This document shows, in pieces, positions 1 to 14,298 of a stretch of 64,000 nucleotides of DNA. Origin of the DNA: Nitrosopumilaceae archaeon (lineage in GTDB: Archaea; Thermoproteota; Nitrososphaeria; Nitrososphaerales; Nitrosopumilaceae); NCBI GenBank assembly GCA_965207375.1, contig CBDBMG010000002.1:192001-256000 (forward strand), written 5' to 3'. Position 1 is the first letter of the stretch; each line of letters opens with the position of its first letter. The notes below the pieces were generated by a model. That model worked only from the letters and a program-made list of their open reading frames with translations. It was not told the DNA's origin and searched no databases. The position numbers and the translations under genes are program-made.

Positions 1-62
1 TGATGCATGTTGTCAAGACTAAAAAGAAGTAACTGTAGCTATTGATTGTATTAGGAAAAAAT

Positions 63-639
63 GTGACCGTCTCCACGAAAACCGGCCTTCGCACCTGGTA
101 ATAATTAGAGAAACACTTGTTTATAAAGATTTTAATTAAAAATTACCAGCTTTGCTCGTACTAGGCTGCTTTTGTTTAACAGAACTGGACTTAGTAATCT
201 ATTGAATAAAATACAGTGTACCTTTGAAATTGTTCCTTGCTTGATTTTAGGCCTTTTCAGACGATTTTTTCAAAGGTGTGCATCAATTTTAGCCCAGTGT
301 TACAAGGGGGTGTGCGGGAGGGAGGAGGAAAAACCTCCCCAGGTGAAGACACGAGGTGACCAGTTGCCCACAGATGGTCCTGACCATACAACCAGGCCGA
401 AGGGACATCATTCTGGTCAGGGGTAGAATTCCAGGCCGATAACACCCAATTGGTGCACTCCACAGGTGCCAATGTGTCAGTCATGGCTTTACAAGGCTGC
501 AAAACCTCCCCTTAGAAAAGCAGACTACCTGAGACTGGCCATAGGAGACATGGTGTTTGGGTAGCTATTGAGTATAGCTATGTGCTGGGCCAAAAAAAAT
601 TTTAGTGCAAACTAGGCTGGTTTTTGCAGAGACAGTCAC
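63..639. mobile_element. Non-autonomous DNA transposon (MITE family A), GTGAC...GTCAC termini, AWWT flanks (Sola1-like)
   Basis: Imperfect TIRs GTGACCGTCTCCACGAAAACC / GGTTTTTGCAGAGACAGTCAC; flanks AAAT/ATAT; homologous copies at 54712-55331 (inverted) and 60291-60914. Confidence 0.85.
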
Positions 640-1376
640 ATATTAACAATCCAGTAGGTAGCCAGCTATAGAGCCTAGTTAAGCAGTTGAATTTGATTTT
701 AGTCATAAATTCATAAGAAAACAATCAACTGGCACATATGTAGTTACACCCACATTAGTTTAAATTTCACAAAATTAAACCTCAGTTTACTGCAAAATGC
801 ATAGTATTAAGTTCCCACCATGTGCATACCAAATTGAATTTGGTATGCTCATTGTGGTAATTTTGTATTAACTTTATTGCTACTTTGTGCATTTTGCAGA
901 GTGTTAGCTATGATGACTAGCTAGTTCACTGACATAATTGCTTGTAGCTGGTTTTAAATGGCTGCTGTTTGGGTCTTGGTTTGGTTGCTACCTGCATGGT
1001 TAGCTTATGCAAATGTTCATTAACAAAAGTTTCTTATCATCATCAAGCAAAGCATAGTTATAGGACTGTATTCTTTATCGATAGTGAGTCGCGAGACCAA
1101 GAAGAAGCAGGCCGTACGCAACGAACGAGTGAGTTATTTACACGTAGCACCGCTCTGAAATTTGTAAACGCTCTAAATAAGCCGCCATGATAGCTATCGC
1201 TTAGTTATTATGGACTCAGCACGTTATAACTATATATAGAATCAGTAAACCAACAATGGAGGAAATCGGCTCCACCAATCCTAAGTACCAGCCATTGCGA
1301 GTTTTATGGCACCGTTCGTGCGCCCACGCTTGAAAAACCATCCCCTTGGCACCTATTCACTCGTTTACTAAACAAA

Positions 1377-1564
1377 TACCGTATACGTGGTAATTTGTAT
1401 ATTTCGCGAAAGACAAGTATGTAAGGATTTTCGCTGATCAGTAAGTCGAATACAGTGTTTCCTTAAGCCACTGCTTCTTTTCGAAGATTAAAATTTCGCG
1501 CTCGACAAGCCTACAGCAAAATCCGCGAAATTTACGTCCCTCGAAAATTACCGCGTATACGGTA
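1377..1564. mobile_element. TA-flanked MITE (Tc1/mariner/pogo-type ends)
   Basis: TACCGTATACGTGGTAATTT ... AAATTACCGCGTATACGGTA inverted termini. Confidence 0.75.
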
Positions 1565-1659
1565 GTACCTTCAATGTATGAAGAATCATTGACCTGAAAT
1601 CGTTTGATATCCATGACACAGGTTTTCCGTACGCGCCTTATAAACTCCTTCCTTCTATC

Positions 1660-2035
1660 AAAAATATTTTAGGCGCCCGTCGTTTTTTTCTTTCTTTCAT
1701 TTTCATCGCACACTTTTCGTGCGCTTGCGCGTGAATCCCGGAATTTCTATTTGAAACACTCACACTTGTTTGTCTAATAACTCACTCATTTCTGCATGGG
1801 TTTCAACCAAATTTGTATCAACACTTCTCCTATGTATGCTCTACCAGACAAACAACTTTCAGCATAAATCAATGTATTTGAGAGATACTTTTACACTGCA
1901 TGTTGATAGTTTCCATAACTCGGACCCCCTCTAAATCATTTGAATGAAATTTCAGATACACAAACTATATTGATATATGTATCTTCAGGATAAGTAAAGA
2001 AATTATGACACTTCAGTTTGTCAAAATTTGCCTTT
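1660..2035 (+). repeat. Dispersed repeat; partial second copy at ~18280-18495
   Basis: Segment atgtatgctctacc...gtttgtcaaaattt recurs, diverged, at 18280-18495. Confidence 0.55.
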
Positions 2036-2446
2036 AATGATTTCTTTCATGCTTATGTGCCATGCAAGATAATTATACCAAACAACAAGAGGTAAACAGT
2101 ACGTGGCCACACATTATAAATAGGAGACCACTGTCCTGTTAGCATACACAAAATTTATTATAATATTGTCTTCTCCTGTAGATCAATCAACAGTAGAGGA
2201 TGGCAATGATGTAGCCTTCATTGAAGTTCTCGACTGTTTTCCACCTACGTACATAGCTAACAATTATAGTAATAACACATACTTTATATGTTCATTAGCT
2301 ATACTTGGGGGAAATACAAGGGAAACACTTAAAGTATTAACTTGCTCCTCTCTCCCTTTAAATTTTTATTACTCTGCATACTTTATATAAGGTTTCTTGT
2401 TAGGACTTGTTTATAATTGTAATCTATTTATAAAAAGCAGTGATAT

Positions 2447-2619
2447 GCTAAACAAAAACAGCCAAGAAAGGCCAAGAAGTTGAACATTTTATTAAGAATC
2501 CTTTTACTTGAATGACATACAATAGTTTACAGGGCATTTTCACAAATATGATTGGCTTTGTCACTTGGCCACCTTATTTGGCCTCGCACTTTTTTACAGC
2601 CAGGCTGTTTTTGTTTAGC
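2447..2619. mobile_element. Short MITE, ATAT TSD; deletion relative of foldback element at 18779-19202
   Basis: ATAT|GCTAAACAAAAACAGCC ... GGCTGTTTTTGTTTAGC|ATAT; internal sequence matches the arms of 18779-19202. Confidence 0.75.
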
Positions 2620-2962
2620 ATATAGTTACTAAGAATTTGCTGACATTATTTCATCATGACATTGAGTTACTATATAAGTTATTTATCTTGTGAATGAATG
2701 TACAATGTACATTGTCCGGAAAGTATGCGTGTGTGTGTGTGTGTGTCTGCCCCCCAGGCTATGAAAACTATTCACGTGATTTGAAGCATGAATAATTTGT
2801 TATTACTAAGGCACAGGAGTATGAAGCTGTTTTGAAGATAAAATTTAAAAATGTAACGTTACTATGATTCCTTAGTTATGAGTCTCTGCTCATGTGATTT
2901 CTTTGTGACGTCATTGTATTATATTATTAAACATGACAGTAAATTTACAGTAGTTTAATATG

Positions 2963-3183
2963 TACCGTATAGGGGGTAAGTTTCGCTGGGCGAAACTTTC
3001 GCGGTAGAGGCCTTTCAAGTATATTCGCGGTAAAACCTTCGCGTTACAGTAGAAAGCAGCTTATACATTTGTAGTAGCCGAGTAGCTAAATATCTTTGTT
3101 TAGCGGCGAAACTTTCGCGGTTGTGTTTGAAACCGCAAAAACCGCGAAAGTTTCGCCCATCGAAAATTACCCCCTATACGGTA
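2963..3183. mobile_element. TA-flanked MITE
   Basis: TACCGTATAGGGGGTAAGTTTCG ... CGAAAATTACCCCCTATACGGTA; internal GCGAAACTTTCGCGG repeats. Confidence 0.8.
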
Positions 3184-4361
3184 TATACAGTGCCTGATTT
3201 TAGATGGTAATACATTGACTTGTTTATTAGCAGCTTGCTCTTGCAGAAAAAGACTAGTACAGTATCCCAGTGGCCATGATTAATTTTTCAAAATGTGCTT
3301 ATAATCAATTGCGTGGGTTGACGATCATTCAACAAAATTTGAGCTCACTAAAAACCTATTATTCCAGAATAATTCTCATATAAAATAATTATATAGTAGC
3401 TATTATATTCCCAAAATTATGCCGGCATATTAGCCACAAGCCTACCTATGATTGCTTATAAACTTATTTACGTAAGTTCGAAATGCAAAAATGTGGTCAA
3501 ATTTTACTTGCATATATAAGCCCTGTTTTCTCATACCGGGTCACATTTCACAAAAATTTCACCCTTGAACTTTTTAGGCTAGCTAGCTATATGGTGTGGT
3601 GTTAAATATTATGCAACTTCTAATATTACATACAGTAACTACCCGGCTGGCTTATCATCCAGTAATTTTAAATGTAAAATCAATAAAGTGTGTGTCTGTG
3701 TGAACAATTATATAGCTATATTCTGGCTACGTACATGTAGCTAATAAACCAACTGCTTAACAACTATAATATAGTCATTTGTGCAAAAATTAACCACATA
3801 GTCACATAACATTGCCATGATTTTCAATTTTGTCTTTTCATAACTCATTATCTGTTTAAATTAACAACACAGAATTTCTACCGCAAATGTAGAATTTAAT
3901 GATGAATCTTTTAAAGCTTACAGAATACTGATATACCATTTAAAATGTAACTAGGTGTAATTTGCGCTTAGTATGGTTGATTTTCACATACCCATGGCCA
4001 GCCACATTTGTTGTCAAACGTCATGGTCTCATGAAATATTTAAGAGCCAGTTAGCTATTCATGATATCCTAGTTATCATCACTTAGTCTAATGTGATATT
4101 AACTATAATAGTTATTAATATCGTCCTCAGCAGGCTTTGCGAAGCTTCTGACTTAATACACTCATAATATAATATAACTAATACTTCCAACATAGCTAAT
4201 TATTAGCCATACCTACTGTGAGAAAATCAACTAGCTAGCAAACTACTAAAGCAATTCTACTGAAAAACTGAAAAATTAATATGTACGTAGCTTATATGTG
4301 TTCTGAGCTTTGTAAGTAGTTGCAATAAGTTCAGCCTTTGATAATAGAGTTAATGATGACA

Positions 4362-4603
4362 TTACTTGAACTGATTATATTTGAAGTCATACGCAAACAA
4401 ATCATCAACTATATAATCAGTATAGACACCCTCCAGTACTCCACTTCCTTGATCATCAGTGTCAGTAGGATACCAACATGTCCCAGGACTTTTAAGATAA
4501 GGCCAAATATTTCCTTTCTTGACACTACATGGTGCTCAGTCACTACCTATCTTCAGTAATCCTTTGTGTTCATCAATTGATGCATCACTACCCATAAATT
4601 GAC
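4362..4603 (-). pseudogene. Terminal exon resembling the inter-alpha-trypsin inhibitor heavy chain C-terminal domain, with in-frame TGA
   Basis: After an AG acceptor it reads GQFMGSDASIDEHKGLLKIGSD*APCSVKKGNIWPYLKSPGTCWYPTDTDDQGSGVLEGVYTDYIVDDLFAYDFKYNQFK*. The GQF...CW...G.G.(L/I)(E/D)G.Y.DY.V..LF pattern resembles the ITIH C-terminus. Stop at 4536-4538. Confidence 0.55.
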
Positions 4604-5042
4604 CTATTATGAATTATTTTATTAATATACATAATCATTCCCATAATTAAAATTTAATCAGGCTGTAATTTACATACATAAAATTGTAGCAATTGAAAAT
4701 TGAATGATTACCTATGAAGTAGGGTTGGGTGATACTTAAAAATGTGCACTGTGATTATTATGACACACAGACAATGCGATTATTGGCAATATTGCAATGG
4801 AGTATTTTACTATATAGCTAGTCCATAGAGCAAAGTATCACCCAGCATGTGTAGCATAAGTAAATGATAACAACTTATAATGTGGATTTGGTTGTCTATG
4901 TAAATATAATGTGTACTAGTGGTGAATCTTGTGATCAACTGGGGCACTTGCTAGTTGGCCTCACAACTCACTACTGTGAGTCTTGATACACTTTAATCCC
5001 TCGATCATATATTATTGCACACGCATGCATATATGGTGATAT

Positions 5043-5626
5043 GTGACTGGATTTGACAAAAGCCAGCTGTGGTACACGCAATAGACACACTTGATAGCTG
5101 TGTCAATTAACTAACAGTTCGTGCATGTAGCTATTGGTGGCTAAAGTTTTTCCTGTGCATGGCTTGTTTTTGGGGCCTGTCAGATGTCCATGAGTGCTCA
5201 GGTGGTCTTTAAATGGCTCTGGTAGCACTTGAAAAGTAGCCACCTTGCTGGAAAACATTAGGCAATTGTCTAATCGTCTTATTCATCGATTTGGCTATAT
5301 TTTGGGGCATTTGAAGCCTAAAAGGCCTCAGGTAAGGTCTTTCAGTGGACAAGCTCTTCATTAATTTTGATAGCTAGTTGAATTGCCTGCCATTTCAGAT
5401 AATTTTAAACTGGCATAGTCAATATCACAAATATCTCCATATAGCTAGGTGTGGAGCTCGAGGGCAGGTGGATTACAGCATTATAAATTTTTCCATGAAA
5501 CAGAATTTGTGGCAAACTGCATGCACGCAACTCCTAGCCTTCTCAAGATAGAATAATTAAAAGCAGTATTTCTAAATATTTATAGCTAATTGTGTGTGGA
5601 AGCCAGGTGTTGTCAAATCTGGTCAC
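5043..5626. mobile_element. GTGAC-ended MITE (Sola1-like)
   Basis: ATAT|GTGACTGGATTTGACAA ... TTGTCAAATCTGGTCAC|ATAC. Confidence 0.75.
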
Positions 5627-5683
5627 ATACATGTATAAGGAGTATTCTGTGATATTATTGCACACGAGATTGATATTACTGAC

Positions 5684-6118
5684 TAGGCCTGAGCCAATTA
5701 TGCCAGCATAATTTGGAGCATAATAGGATGGTAAAAGCATCGAGCATAATGCCAGCATAATAGGTTAACTTTTTGTGCAAGGCATGCCACAAAGGCATGA
5801 ATTTTGAAAGTGACTACTGAAATTTTGAGTGAATCTACAATAATTTTTTATCAAATTAGGTATGTGATGAATGCAATGATTAAAAGTGATGAATTCAACA
5901 AAATACATTGTAGGAGTCATAATGTAAATGTATATCTGATGATAATGAGTGCAAAAAATCAACATGAATATCTTCATATAAAATATTAATTTAGCCTATT
6001 AATTTTCACATTATCACTGAGAATTCCCAAGCATAATTTTGAGCATAATGGGCTTGTTTTGGGAATTATGCTCAAAAGCATAATAGGTAATTCTAAAAGC
6101 ATAATTGGCTCAGGCCTA
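5684..6118. mobile_element. hAT-type MITE with 8-bp TSD
   Basis: TIR TAGGCCTGAGCCAATTATGC / GCATAATTGGCTCAGGCCTA; TSD TTACTGAC on both sides; related inverted sequence at ~56690-56960. Confidence 0.88.
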
Positions 6119-6424
6119 TTACTGACACATGGAAGTTGCTTGCAATAATTATATTGCACAGCCTATGTTATAGCTACTGATATTGGAAAGTGGCAATACT
6201 ATAAAATATTGCCTAACCTTACTAGTTACATTATTTTAACACCAGTTACATTTACCTTGTAGCTAAGCTGCCTCATTTGATTCTTCAAAATTGGACCAGT
6301 CATTTTGCTCTTCACCTTAATTATAAGTACAATACAAAAAATTATATATACGTGTATAATCCTACTCAACAATTCACAACTGATATCACAAATTTTGATG
6401 GAGTTGAAAAACTAGTAATTTTTT

Positions 6425-6615
<191 letters not shown>

Positions 6616-6859
6616 TCCTACATATAAGGCAATGTTTTGTTGAATTCAAATATACCTTTACGTATCAGTGGATACATAGTATATGCATATAATTGATCAC
6701 ATTGGTGATACTGTGTGTCCTTGGGTGTATGCATCTGCACATTTTGATCCACGTACATTTGTGTATAGATGCACGTACGTATGCCTGTGTGTGTGTTTGT
6801 GTGTGTGCAAATGCGTGTACACATTGCTGGTAGGCATTAAATAGAAATGTTTAATGTGT

Positions 6860-7067
6860 TACCGTACAGCGTAAAATTTATGCGGGGAAAATTTTGATGA
6901 ATTTGACGAATTTTGCTAATTTGTCAAACTTTTCCTCGTCAAATTTCAAGTAATTATTAATTAGAATATCATTGTACTGGGGCATTCGTCAATATTTTCC
7001 TCGTCAATATTTCAAAGAGAGGCAATTCGTCAAAATTTTCCCCCGCCAGAATTTTACACTGTACGGT
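6860..7067. mobile_element. TA-flanked MITE
   Basis: TACCGTACAGCGTAAAATT ... AATTTTACACTGTACGGTA; internal TCGTCAA repeats. Confidence 0.75.
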
Positions 7068-7452
7068 AATCACACGTTTATATGTAGATGCATGGAGAAC
7101 TTTTGAGATGGAAAGTTGCATCCGAGATTTTCACATTTATAAGGATATAATTGATCACCATTAGTTGGCAAAAATTAAATGTATGATAATCCTCAGGACT
7201 GTTGCGCTGTAGCTGTTGTCAAGACTACTCCAGTCGGTACTGAAACAATAGGGTACATTACCCGATGCATATCAGTGATATGCTCTTCATTCCTTCGAAA
7301 GGTTTACCAGAAAAGTTTCGCAGTAGTCTAAATTTTTTGAGGGTGAAGATTTTTGTGGATTCATGAATCACGGTTAACTCAATTGCAGTATTTGTAAATT
7401 GGAATTGTAACGGTCAACCCCAAAAGTTCCAAATACAGACAGATAGATGCAA

Positions 7453-7530
<78 letters not shown>

Positions 7531-8077
7531 GCACACATGCACGCACAGGCACATATGCATTTGTATATACGTATGTGTGTGCTGTGTGTGTTTGTTATGT
7601 TTATTTGTATGTGTAAATATGCCAGTGTGGATCTGTGTATACATATATGTAGTCATCATAGTTGGTCATAATTTTATACTGAGAAATGCTTTTGTGTATT
7701 TTGTGGGGATGTGCCTTATCAGCACAAAATTTTCCTTGTATCCATGCATCTTTCTATCCTTGAAATACTATCCATAATATGAGTTTATAGGCTATGACAA
7801 TGCCATTTCAGCATTATTGCATGCATATGCATCTTAGGGAGCTCGAGTACTATGCAAGTAACTAGTATTTACGAATTATTATGTACAAATATGAAAATTT
7901 AGCACGTACATAATGTTGGTGGGGTAAACTTCAGTAAAGTCATTCTACTTGTGCATTTTTATACTTGAATGTGAACTAATGGACAATCACAAAACTTTAT
8001 TCTGCCCATGTATAGTCACTGTTATTCCAGATTGGGTCAGTCATATTGATCTGTAAAACTAGCCCTGGACATTTGTG

Positions 8078-8180
8078 TTTGTTGTCATAACAATTGCTGC
8101 AGCTGTTATGACAACTGTTGCCATGTAATTGTTGTCATGACAACTGTTGCCATGCAGTTGTTGTTATGGCAGTTGTTGTT
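8078..8180. repeat. Degenerate minisatellite (ttgttgtcatgacaactgttgccatg-like units)
   Basis: Several imperfect tandem units visible. Confidence 0.6.
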
Positions 8181-11100
8181 TAATAATCATGATAGATGGT
8201 GTTATCATCAATAACCATAATAATATTTGTTGTAGGTAGCAGTGATATAGCCAGTGGAAGAGTTGGCAGGATATCAATGATTTGCACTGAAGCAAGGTAA
8301 CATATAACCTATATGTTGTCTCTGAGTTTACTGTATTATGTATGTAGACCATTGATGATCAGTACAAGAGAATGAGATGATATATTGTATCATGACATAT
8401 AGATCAAAGTGACAGTTGACTTTTTTATAATAATCATCGTATGTATGTATAATTATGTGTATGCATGCATGTATTTTTGTTAGACAAAGATATGTTTAAT
8501 TAAAGTATTTCAGTGTATAGTATACACAGTGGGATAATAACGGTATTCTCGTATATGTGTTATACAACATATATAGCGCTGTACTGTACTACTGTATCAT
8601 AGGGCAACTTATTTTCAAGGATAAAATTTTTTGAAGATTTCGTGGATATTTTATAGGACCCTAAAAATATTTATACTCTAAAACTTTGCTCTCTACTAGT
8701 TATATAACACTTATCAGTTTGATCCTCAAAAAATTTATCCATGAAAATTATATACTTGCCCTACGGTATTATGTGTGTTACATTTTTTTGTTAAAGTAAC
8801 AACAGTTCTAGATCATGATCATGCATGAGATATATTATACATGTGGGTGTATCTATATAATATAATTATATGCACATATATAGCGCACACATGTATGTGT
8901 GTGTACATGCAACTTAAATTTGCAGCAATTAATGTAAGCTACACCAATGATCAAACCACAGCTTTTCCTTAGTACGAGAGCCATTTTAATTTGTTAGCTC
9001 ACCACATACACGTATATACACATATGCATATTTACATGGGCAATGTATGTACAGTTACATGAGCAGGATATATATGTATATGCATGTGTTCATTAACATA
9101 CATGCATACACATATGTATGGTATGATGTGTATAGTATACCGTAGGGCGAGGATTTTGTGGATGTTTCCAGAATTTCAAAAATATTTATCCTAGAAATGT
9201 TTTGCTCTCTAGTAACCATTATTACTAACTCAAAAATTTATCCAAGAAAATTTCTATTTGAAGCAGATTTTTGTGATATCTTCAAATTGTTCAGTAGGAA
9301 GAGTCACATATTTTATTCCTGTGTGCACTCCTCACCTACAGTTACTAAACATTTTGTGGTACTGTTTTCAAGTGCTTAACACCATGTTCAAAGAGTTTTA
9401 AGCCATACTCTACTTCATAAAGAACAATTCTATATCCCAATTGGGATATTAAAACATATTTACTTTTAAATAGCCCCAGGCAGCAGAGTACAAAATACTA
9501 CAAAAGAGAACTAGCAGAATCAAATACTTACACATTTCAAGTTGTATCCTTGCATAATTGGTGTTCCCAACAGACATTCACTCTAAGCGTTTTGGACATT
9601 TAAACATTGGCATGCAAGTTATGGCAAGCCAAAAACTTGTGCATGGCTATATATATCTGTAATGAACAAACATAGCCATTGCCCCTAGTAACCTAAATAT
9701 TATATTTGGATCTCACATAATGTGTAAGTCATGAGATACGGCTTTAAATTTAATATCTGGTGTTAGCTATATATAACCCAGGTAACTAGCTACATCTTTG
9801 TTATTAATGCTCTTCCTCTGGTAGACTCTGTAATAACAAATAGCTACTCATAAATATTGTACAAATAATAATTAAGCTATGAAAGATACATGTAAGGTAG
9901 TTAGCTATGTGGCTTGACTACTGCTTTTTGCCTGAATAGTGTTGATTCTAGCAAATTCCTTTGAAGTATGGTACATTCCATAATAAAAATGTACAGCAAA
10001 TAAACAAACATGACCACAGTTTGTTTAGCTAGTAGGCATATGTAGTATACTGGAATTTATATGGCCACTTTAAAATTAATGTGGTGGTTATTGGCCACTA
10101 ATAAGTGTAGCATTTATCACTTGAATGGTACCTCATGATTGACCAGTGTGCCAAGCTTCAAAAGTAGGATGAATCAGCACTGGGTCAGGGCATAACTAAT
10201 ATAGGCAGTAAAATAACACTATTTGAGTATCCAAAGCATGTTTTGTTCACTTGCCCAAATGGAAAGTCAGCCATCTTTGAATTAGCAATGTTTTATGCAC
10301 TTCAAGACACATTCTGTGCCTCCTATGATTATGTAGCTATACACGTAGCCACACGTAATGTATAATACTACATCAACACACAGAACATATACCATAACAC
10401 GTAAAAGCACACAGAGAAATCTCCATAAAGAGTAAAGCATTTTAACAGTGTCTATTTTTCCTATCATTCCTTAAAGGTGGTGGTCACTATAATGATAAGT
10501 TGGCTGTGCAATTTGCGGCACGTGTGTTAACATCATATCTAGATTGTATGTTGTGGGTATCCACAGCTATCCACCGCCACCTTTAAGGAATGCTGGGCCC
10601 TATCAGAGGCAAAAGAGTTCCTAAATTTCATGATAGGCCAAGGTGAATAATTTTTTGTTCTTTTACAGTGTATAAATACGTGCTATGTGCTAGCAATTCC
10701 TTTGAAGTGTGGCTTCTAGTAGAACAATAAAATGTGACCACAGTTTGATGTATATACCGCTATTACTGTAAACCACAACATGAATTTATAATGCATGCAA
10801 CCAGTCCAATGAAGTGTTATAAAGTTGACTGACTACTGTGTTTGTTCCAAAGGGATTATTCAGCCATCCAGTATAAGTATTATATTGTTTTGACAAGAAA
10901 AGTGTTGAGAATGCATGCATTGAAGCCACGTAGCTACATTAGAACATCTATCAAACCTTTGTTTAAGTTGTTATTAACGTTTCCCTTTGTTTTTTTTGTT
11001 TAACGTTTCACAAAATATAATGATTTTAAAAAACATTTTGCCAAGGGTGCTTTTTGTACAATACATATTTGATGCCTTTAGCTACAATAAAACTGTCTCT

Positions 11101-12472
11101 ATAATAATATAACAGCCTTAGCTTTATAATAAACAATGAATGTACAATGAAATAGAGATACTATTGATAGCTATAGCTAGATAGCTATATTAAATGCAAA
11201 TTCCTATCGCTATATGCATGACAACTAGTCAATTAATTGGCATGGATTCCTATGGCCATGGATTCCTCAGTCCATATCTTTCTTTTTTGGTTGGCCTTCC
11301 TTTATTCTTTTTAGCTGACATATCCATTTCAATGTTTCTGAAACAATGTATGCTGTCCCAAACTTGATGATTGTAATATAGCCATGTCATGTACATTATA
11401 ATAGATAACATGACATGGCATGGCAATTAGCTTTGGCTGTGTTGCATATAGAGTGAATCATCACTGTGGTGACTTACTCTATGGTCTATGGTGTATATGG
11501 TGCAACACCCTTGCAGTAAATTAACCACCATTCAAATCCCATTTGACACTTCATATTTTACTGGCTCCATAATCTATAATCAAAGCTATACTCATACAAG
11601 CGCCCTCACCTTATGATGTAGCATACGTTCGAGCGAGTTCGAGAGTGGTTTTCAGTGGTAGATTAGTTCCAGCAAATTCATCTTACTGGTGTGTATGTAC
11701 ATTACAATTACTAGTATGGTGTATCCTGTGGCCTCCCACATGCATAATTCAACACTTGCTGAGGCATTAAAATTGTGTCAGGTTAGTGCCGTTATTGTTA
11801 AACCCTGCATTCTTGCATTTGAATAACAATAGTAAGATTCACAAATATATCCCTTATGTGTATGCTACCACTATTGGAACAGAGGATCGGAGGACAAGAC
11901 ATAGGCTGAGTCAGCAATGATGAGAACACATTTGGATATTTTTAAACTTGTTTTTTATTATTTTGTTTATTATACAGCTGTAACATGCATGAACATGCAA
12001 GGTAACATCCTTCAATGTAAGGTCATTCTTGTAAACATAGCACAGCCTTTTTATAAACAATATAAAATTCTATAAAAACACTAGCATCTCCACGTGATTT
12101 ACCACTGGAAGCCTTAACAAATAAAACCATAGCGATGGTGTGTATATATATTAAAGGGACAGTGAATTGTTTACGAAGCTTCAAGCACACATTTACGTAC
12201 TTGTCCAACACAAGTTGGATCAACATGGCAATCTTCTATTAAATACTTCACTATGTTCAAATGGCCTTTAGCTGATGCTACATGAAGTAGTTCTCCTACA
12301 CCCTGCATGTACACAAATGTATATACGTACGTATACGTAAGTACGTATATAGAATGTTAAAATTTCTGTTATATTAACATACATGGACATATGTGTGTGT
12401 GTATATACGTACCTCCATTGGAGTTCTAGGGTTGACTTTTAATTCATCAATCAAATACGTATTTCACAATAT

Positions 12473-12699
12473 GTGACCGAGTCTGCGAAAACCAGTCTTA
12501 TCTGCACATAAAATTTGGCTTAATTTTGAGCCTTTCAAATTTAATAACTCTTTTTCCTAACATAGTACTTTATCAGAAATTTCATCATATACACAAAATT
12601 TCCTAAGGAATTCAATAAAACTTACAGATATTGTATAACCCATACAGAAAAAGAGATAGATATTGTGCAGATAAGACCTGTTTTCGTAGACTCGGTCAC
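12473..12699. mobile_element. GTGAC-ended MITE with ATAT TSD inserted in an ankyrin exon
   Basis: ATAT|GTGACCGAGTCTGCGAAAAC ... GTTTTCGTAGACTCGGTCAC|ATAT; removing the element plus one ATAT restores codon phase. Confidence 0.9.
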
Positions 12700-14298
12700 A
12701 TATGCAGTAGTCCTTCACGAACAGCAATATGTATTGGCTGCTTACCATCCTACACACACAGTCATACATACGTATGTACGTACGTATTGATATAAAATAC
12801 GTATTGTACAGTAAAAGCTACATACGTATACTCTTGCTTGTACTGATTCCTATGTTTTGTACAGATGTTTAACTCATTTTATAGCTACATACCTACATAT
12901 CATAAACTCTCAAAAAGTGCATTAGTTACATTCATATATGCCCGAGGTGATATACGTAAACAACTGCTGTTTTGTGTGGTCAAAATTTCAGTCCATAAGC
13001 TGTCAACAAATAAATCATGACTGACTGAAATTCTAAACTGTAGCATATCATAATATGTATTGGGGATGGACAATTAACCAGTTTGGCGTATTAATCATGA
13101 CATTTCCATTGTTATCAATCGATATCGTGCAGTTTTACTAATAAAAATAATCGTGAGAAGCAATAATCATGTAAAATCATGATAATCAGCACTTATCATA
13201 ATCAATTTTGGTGTGTTTAGACACATTTGTGGACAGTGTGACACATTTCTAGACATTTTTCAATACAAATACAGTTAAATTAATAATCATGATAATCGTG
13301 ACCTTTACGATAATCGCATGCCAAAATGCCAATTTCACCCATCCCTAATACGTATCTAAGTAGAGGTACCATTATAGAAAATTTGGCTTCTACTGATACC
13401 TGATAATATGTATTTATATCAAATTCTGCTGATACTGATAGCCAACCCGATATACATACGTACACCAGTGTTATGCATTAGGCCAAACAAAGTTAAAAAT
13501 ATGTTTCTGGTCCTCCTGCCTGGTCATTTTTGCCAAGCAGTAAAACATTTTTTATTAACCATACAAATAATTTTGTGGATAGCTTTACATAAAAAAATGA
13601 AAATTAAGCTAACTTTATAATGGATGAAAGAAATATTGTGTATAATGAATAAAAATAACCAGTTCTAGTTTTAAATCTTGACAAAATTTGAAATAAAATT
13701 TAAAATAAAAAGCCTGGTCACCTGATCAATTTTAAGGGATGCCTGGATCAGAAACAGATATTTACCTTTGTGCGGCCTTACTACAATTTATACATTACAT
13801 GTACATACGTATGGGTGCACTAACTTTTGAGACAGGGGTACAAACAGGTATTTACTAGCTGAAAGGAAGCCAATTTTGCATGCTAATTTGCTATTTGCAG
13901 TAACACAGTCATTATAATAGCTCTTACTAAGTGAATACAATGCCATTAAAATTAATTAGAATTTAGCTAAATAAATAGAATACAACAAATTGCAAATCCA
14001 CATTGACAAGAAATAAAGATACTTGCCATTTCTTTGAATAAACATATCCACTGACAACCAATTCCAGACTAAATCTTGGTGATGAATTGCTTTAATTGAC
14101 AGAGATTGGAGGGCACGAAGATGACAGTTTCTATCAAAGTAATTACATAAGCGTAGCCATCATCAGGATACAAGGCAAAAACACAATTAAGAAGTGTTAG
14201 TAACCTACTCAACAGCAGCACACTTTTAGTTGCATTTCAAATAAAAATTAATTTTGCATGTGTTAGAATCTCAGTTCTCTGGGTTTGTTATACCGATT

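Noticed and set aside
172-502. ORFs repeated at 54680 and 60402-60769 as a gene family
   Set aside because: They lie inside MITE family A copies, and frames are not conserved between copies.
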